41,095 nucleotides of DNA from an uncultured bacterium (GTDB lineage Bacteria; CAZSTA01): assembly GCA_964609495.1 (NCBI GenBank), contig CAZSTA010000006.1:1-41095 (forward strand), given 5' to 3'. Under the pieces are notes generated by a model. It did no database searches, was not told the origin of the DNA, and saw only the letters and a program-made list of their open reading frames with translations. Shown piece by piece: positions 37,789 through 41,095 of this stretch (positions within the stretch are counted from its first letter, which is position 1; each line of letters starts with the position of its first letter). Both the position numbers and the translations under genes were made by a program.

Positions 37789-37881
37789 AATCACCCTCCC
37801 ATCGAGGGAGAGGAAAATAGGAAGATCAGTTCTATCTGGGTGTCCCCTCTCCCCTTGTGGGAGAGGGATAGGGTGAGGGGG
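37789..37881. repeat. REP-like GC-rich palindromic doublet, copy 2 (inverted relative to copy 1)
   Basis: GGTGTCCCCTCTCCCCTTGTGGGAGAGGGATAGGGTGAGGGGG (37839-37881) plus a shortened partner AATCACCCTCCCATCGAGGGAGAGG. Confidence 0.85.
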
Positions 37882-37944
37882 AAATTATTTCTTTCGCTCA
37901 TTAGATCAGTCTAGCGCACCTTATGCGAATATGAGTGAATCCGT

Positions 37945-39594
37945 TTAATCCGTTGACCGCGCCCCCTTATTAGAGATTAAAACTCTTCCTGCTTTAGTAG
38001 CCATAAGATGAAGTGGGAGTTCTCCTTCATCCCTCAACTTCTTATAATCAGATTCATACATAACACAGTAAACTCTATCCTCGGAATTCAAAAAGGAAAT
38101 CAACCCCTCCTTATCAGTTAACCCCTCTACCCGATGCCTAGTATAGAAAACCCAACTTGGCTCGAAGAAATGATAGCAGGCTATCCCCTCCTCTGGTTTG
38201 AGATGCATATTTATCTTATCAGACAGATACTTAGAGGGCTTCACAGTTTCCACCCGAGGAAGTAGATATATCGCTAGGCTCCAAATCATAATGGACATCA
38301 TCGCGGCTATGATGGTGAAGGCAACCAAAGTTCTCTCCCTAGAGAAATATGATATCAGAGCGAGTATAGTCCCTCCCGCTAAGGTCAATATAATAGGAAT
38401 AAGACTTGATCTATACTCGGCTGGGAATTTCACTAATGATAAGGCATAGATGATAGCTATTATCATAGCTAGGACTAAAAAAGCTAGGATAGAGAAGGAA
38501 GCGATCATCCCCTTGCGAAAAGGAGTTAAGACGACTCTCGCTATGATATCATCCCAAACCTTGCCCACCATTAGAGCGATGGCTGGATAGAGGGGTAAGA
38601 TGTGGTTAGACAGACGGGTCTTAGCGATGGAGAAGAAGAGGAAGGTTATAGCAAACCACAGGAGGATAAAGAGGGCTTCTTCCCTCTCCCCTACTTCTCT
38701 CATCCTACCAGGTCTCAAATACACCAGCGAATAGGGAAGAAATGCACTCCAGGGAAAAAAGCCTAAGATTAATACTGGTAGATAATAGTAGAAAGGTTGA
38801 GGTTCTATTATAGAAGTGGTATATCTGACAAACGTGTTATAGATAAAGGTTATCCCCGCGTACTCCCCGCCGTAGCGAAGAGATTGAATTATGAACCAAG
38901 GAGAAACGATCGCTATGAAGATCACGATCCCCAAGGCTATCTCCTTCAACCTGAGATAAGCCCCCTGTCGAAAATCGATTTTCGGCTTGATCACTATAAG
39001 ATAAGGAACAACTATCAGAATCGGGAGAGCTAGCCCTACTGGACCTTTAGTCAAAACTCCTCCCGCTGCGCTGACGAAGAAGAGGTAATAATATATCGGC
39101 TCTTTAGTTTTATACCCCAATATGAAGAAAAGCAACGTTAAAGCGACGAAAAAGGTGAGACCTGCGTCGAGCATCCCCATCCTAGCTTGAATTATATATT
39201 GAAAATTCGTCGCTAGAACTATCCCTGCTAAGAATCCAGTTTTAGAGCGAAATAGCCACTTCCCTATAAAGAAAGTAACTATCACCCCTCCTAAGCTGAA
39301 TATAGCGGTCCAGAAGCGAACTGAGAACTCGTTTACCCCAAATATCTTGAAAGCTAAAGCGGTAAGCCAAATATAGAGGGGAGGTTTTTCAAACCAAGGT
39401 TGGTAATTAAAGGTGAGATCGGTCCAGTTTCCAAATTCTACCACTTCTCTAGCGACCTCACCATACATCGCCTCATCCTTATCCCAAAGGGTGGGGTATC
39501 CGAGCCTGAAGAAGAATAGAAAGAGAGAAAGAAATATGAGGATTATGATAAAGATGTGATCTCTTTTAAGGATTTCCTCTTGTTCCAATATCAC
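37945..39594 (-). CDS. ArnT-like GT-C glycosyltransferase (family 39/83)
   Basis: LWDKDEAMYGEVAREV, FEKPPLYIW, GVNEFSVR, LTKGPVG, FFPWS, ILPLYPA. Confidence 0.92.
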   Translation of the reverse strand: MILEQEEILKRDHIFIIILIFLSLFLFFFRLGYPTLWDKDEAMYGEVAREVVEFGNWTDLTFNYQPWFEKPPLYIWLTALAFKIFGVNEFSVRFWTAIFSLGGVIVTFFIGKWLFRSKTGFLAGIVLATNFQYIIQARMGMLDAGLTFFVALTLLFFILGYKTKEPIYYYLFFVSAAGGVLTKGPVGLALPILIVVPYLIVIKPKIDFRQGAYLRLKEIALGIVIFIAIVSPWFIIQSLRYGGEYAGITFIYNTFVRYTTSIIEPQPFYYYLPVLILGFFPWSAFLPYSLVYLRPGRMREVGEREEALFILLWFAITFLFFSIAKTRLSNHILPLYPAIALMVGKVWDDIIARVVLTPFRKGMIASFSILAFLVLAMIIAIIYALSLVKFPAEYRSSLIPIILTLAGGTILALISYFSRERTLVAFTIIAAMMSIMIWSLAIYLLPRVETVKPSKYLSDKINMHLKPEEGIACYHFFEPSWVFYTRHRVEGLTDKEGLISFLNSEDRVYCVMYESDYKKLRDEGELPLHLMATKAGRVLISNKGARSTD

Positions 39595-39665
39595 TTAAAA
39601 TCTCTTCTCAATTAGCAGTTAAAAAATAGCCCTCGATATGATCGATTCCACGCCCTACCTTACAA

Positions 39666-40889
39666 TTAGATCTCCCACTTCCTAGCTAACCAATTCCGAT
39701 TTATCTCCACCGCCTTATGAGGACATACTTCATGACAGCAGAAACACTGAATACACTTTCTATAATCTATAACGATCATAGAGGAGTAGGGAACTTTCTT
39801 ATTTTTCACTTCGACTTCCCTCATAGCTTGCACTGGACAGTTCTTAACACAGATCTGGCATCTCACACATTTCTCAGGATTGACCCGGGGTCGAACTTTA
39901 ATGCACCACTTAGCTAAGGGTTTCAAGATCGCCAATAGCAATCCAGGAGCTTTCGTTAGCCAAACGTTGACGTTAGTAGAAAGCTTATAATCATCGACCT
40001 TTACCTCATGCCAAGGGGTCCCTTTGATCTCTATCCTATCGAGCCTAGCCTCTCCTAAACCGCTCTCAAAGGCGATTCTAGTGGTATCGACGATCATAGG
40101 ATCTAAGCTTATTATCGCGGAACAGACAGCATCTAAGGACACACAATCGGTGCTAGCGGCGATGATCCCTACAAAGCGAGGATCCCCTCCTGCTGGGCCA
40201 TGTCCCTCCATCCCCACTATTCCATCCATAATAGCCAGACGAGGCTTGGTAGCAACGAAGATATCGACCAACAAAGTCGCAAAATCGACTGGTCGAGGAG
40301 CTAGACGATGAAACTCCTTCTTCCGAAAGCCAGGGACTGCCCCATACATATTCTTTATCGCTCCAGTAAAAAGGGTGTAATTCTGAGTTTTGAGTTTAGG
40401 AAGAGAGATCACCACGTCCGCATCAAGAACTTCCTTAGAGATATGAATAGTCTTTACAACTCTCTTCCTTCCATTTAAGGAGAGGTAGGAGAGATCTTCC
40501 CCCTTGAAGAGAGAAACAACATCTATCGCTCTTGATCCTGCAGATTCAAACTTCACTATCTCCGCAGACATCTCCTCCGCGGCTTGTCTGAAACCGGAAT
40601 CCTCGTAGGCCTTATCTACATTGGCATAGGCATTACCCGGACTATCACCTATCAGCGGGATACCTCCTGCCTCCCTGACCGCCTGTATCACCGCCTTCAC
40701 CACTGCCGGATGAGTAGTTGCGGCGACTTCAGGTTTAGATCCCAGTAGCATATTAACCTTCAGGAGAACCCTATCGCCCTTATGAACTAGATCCTTAATG
40801 CCTCCGATGAGGTCCAAACTTTCCCTAACAGCTTGATCTACCCTCTCCTGCTGATAATCATCGCACTTCACTATGGAAACTTGGGACAT
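39666..40889 (-). CDS. DUF362 protein with C-terminal 2x[4Fe-4S] ferredoxin domain
   Basis: VLLKVN, TTHP, ISLPKLKT, TGAIKN.YG, MEG.GP; CxxCxxCxxxCP twice. Confidence 0.9.
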   Translation of the reverse strand: MSQVSIVKCDDYQQERVDQAVRESLDLIGGIKDLVHKGDRVLLKVNMLLGSKPEVAATTHPAVVKAVIQAVREAGGIPLIGDSPGNAYANVDKAYEDSGFRQAAEEMSAEIVKFESAGSRAIDVVSLFKGEDLSYLSLNGRKRVVKTIHISKEVLDADVVISLPKLKTQNYTLFTGAIKNMYGAVPGFRKKEFHRLAPRPVDFATLLVDIFVATKPRLAIMDGIVGMEGHGPAGGDPRFVGIIAASTDCVSLDAVCSAIISLDPMIVDTTRIAFESGLGEARLDRIEIKGTPWHEVKVDDYKLSTNVNVWLTKAPGLLLAILKPLAKWCIKVRPRVNPEKCVRCQICVKNCPVQAMREVEVKNKKVPYSSMIVIDYRKCIQCFCCHEVCPHKAVEINRNWLARKWEI

Positions 40890-40910
40890 TGTATTCTCTC
40901 TTATCTTTGT

Positions 40911-41095
40911 TTATTTCAGATTTCCTACTTTTATAACTATATCCGCGGCCCTCTCAACTGCTCCAGGTTCTCCCAGCTTTTCCACTACCCCTCTAAGCTC
41001 ATCCTTCATCGAACTTATCCTCTTCTCATCGCCCAATATGTCCAGAGCGACCTCAGCTAGCCTCTTGGGTTTAGCCTCCCACTGTAGTAATTCAG
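40911..41095 (-). CDS. lpxB: Lipid-A-disaccharide synthase, C-terminal end (partial)
   Basis: Manual translation (P)ELLQWEAKPKRLAEVALDIL...L..V...LGEPGAVERAADIV...*, matching the LpxB C-terminus. Confidence 0.8.
   Translation of the reverse strand, partial: ELLQWEAKPKRLAEVALDILGDEKRISSMKDELRGVVEKLGEPGAVERAADIVIKVGNLK

Overview
Chromosomal window from an uncultured, probably diderm Firmicute-like bacterium: a Gram-positive-type asp23-amaP-nusB-xseA gene order and a Cheo-type LexA box, together with lpxB. The left third is a minus-strand housekeeping run: ECF sigma/anti-sigma, a frameshifted DksA/TraR gene, lspA, lgt, an RluA-family gene, asp23, amaP, nusB, xseA, xseB and tlyA. Two insertions interrupt it: a sugar ABC/GH51 cassette between xseA and xseB, and a 327-bp IscB-less omega-RNA (HEARO-type) IS200/IS605 element ending exactly at the amaP start codon. 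The rest holds galT, an APH-like kinase plus GNAT, a VapBC pair, a BMP-type nucleoside ABC transporter, a Thr-type sulfatase-like hydrolase, a tandem array of tiny membrane-hairpin genes, a P1 peptidase, an SOS-boxed DUF3795/dinB-remnant/VOC cluster, two GT-C (ArnT-like) glycosyltransferases, tatA, sugar catabolic genes, a PilZ protein, DUF362 and the 3' end of lpxB. Two REP-like GC-rich palindromic elements sit inside longer locus-specific inverted repeats. No tRNA, rRNA, CRISPR array or transposase/integrase ORF was recognised. All family calls come from motif recognition by eye; no searches were run.
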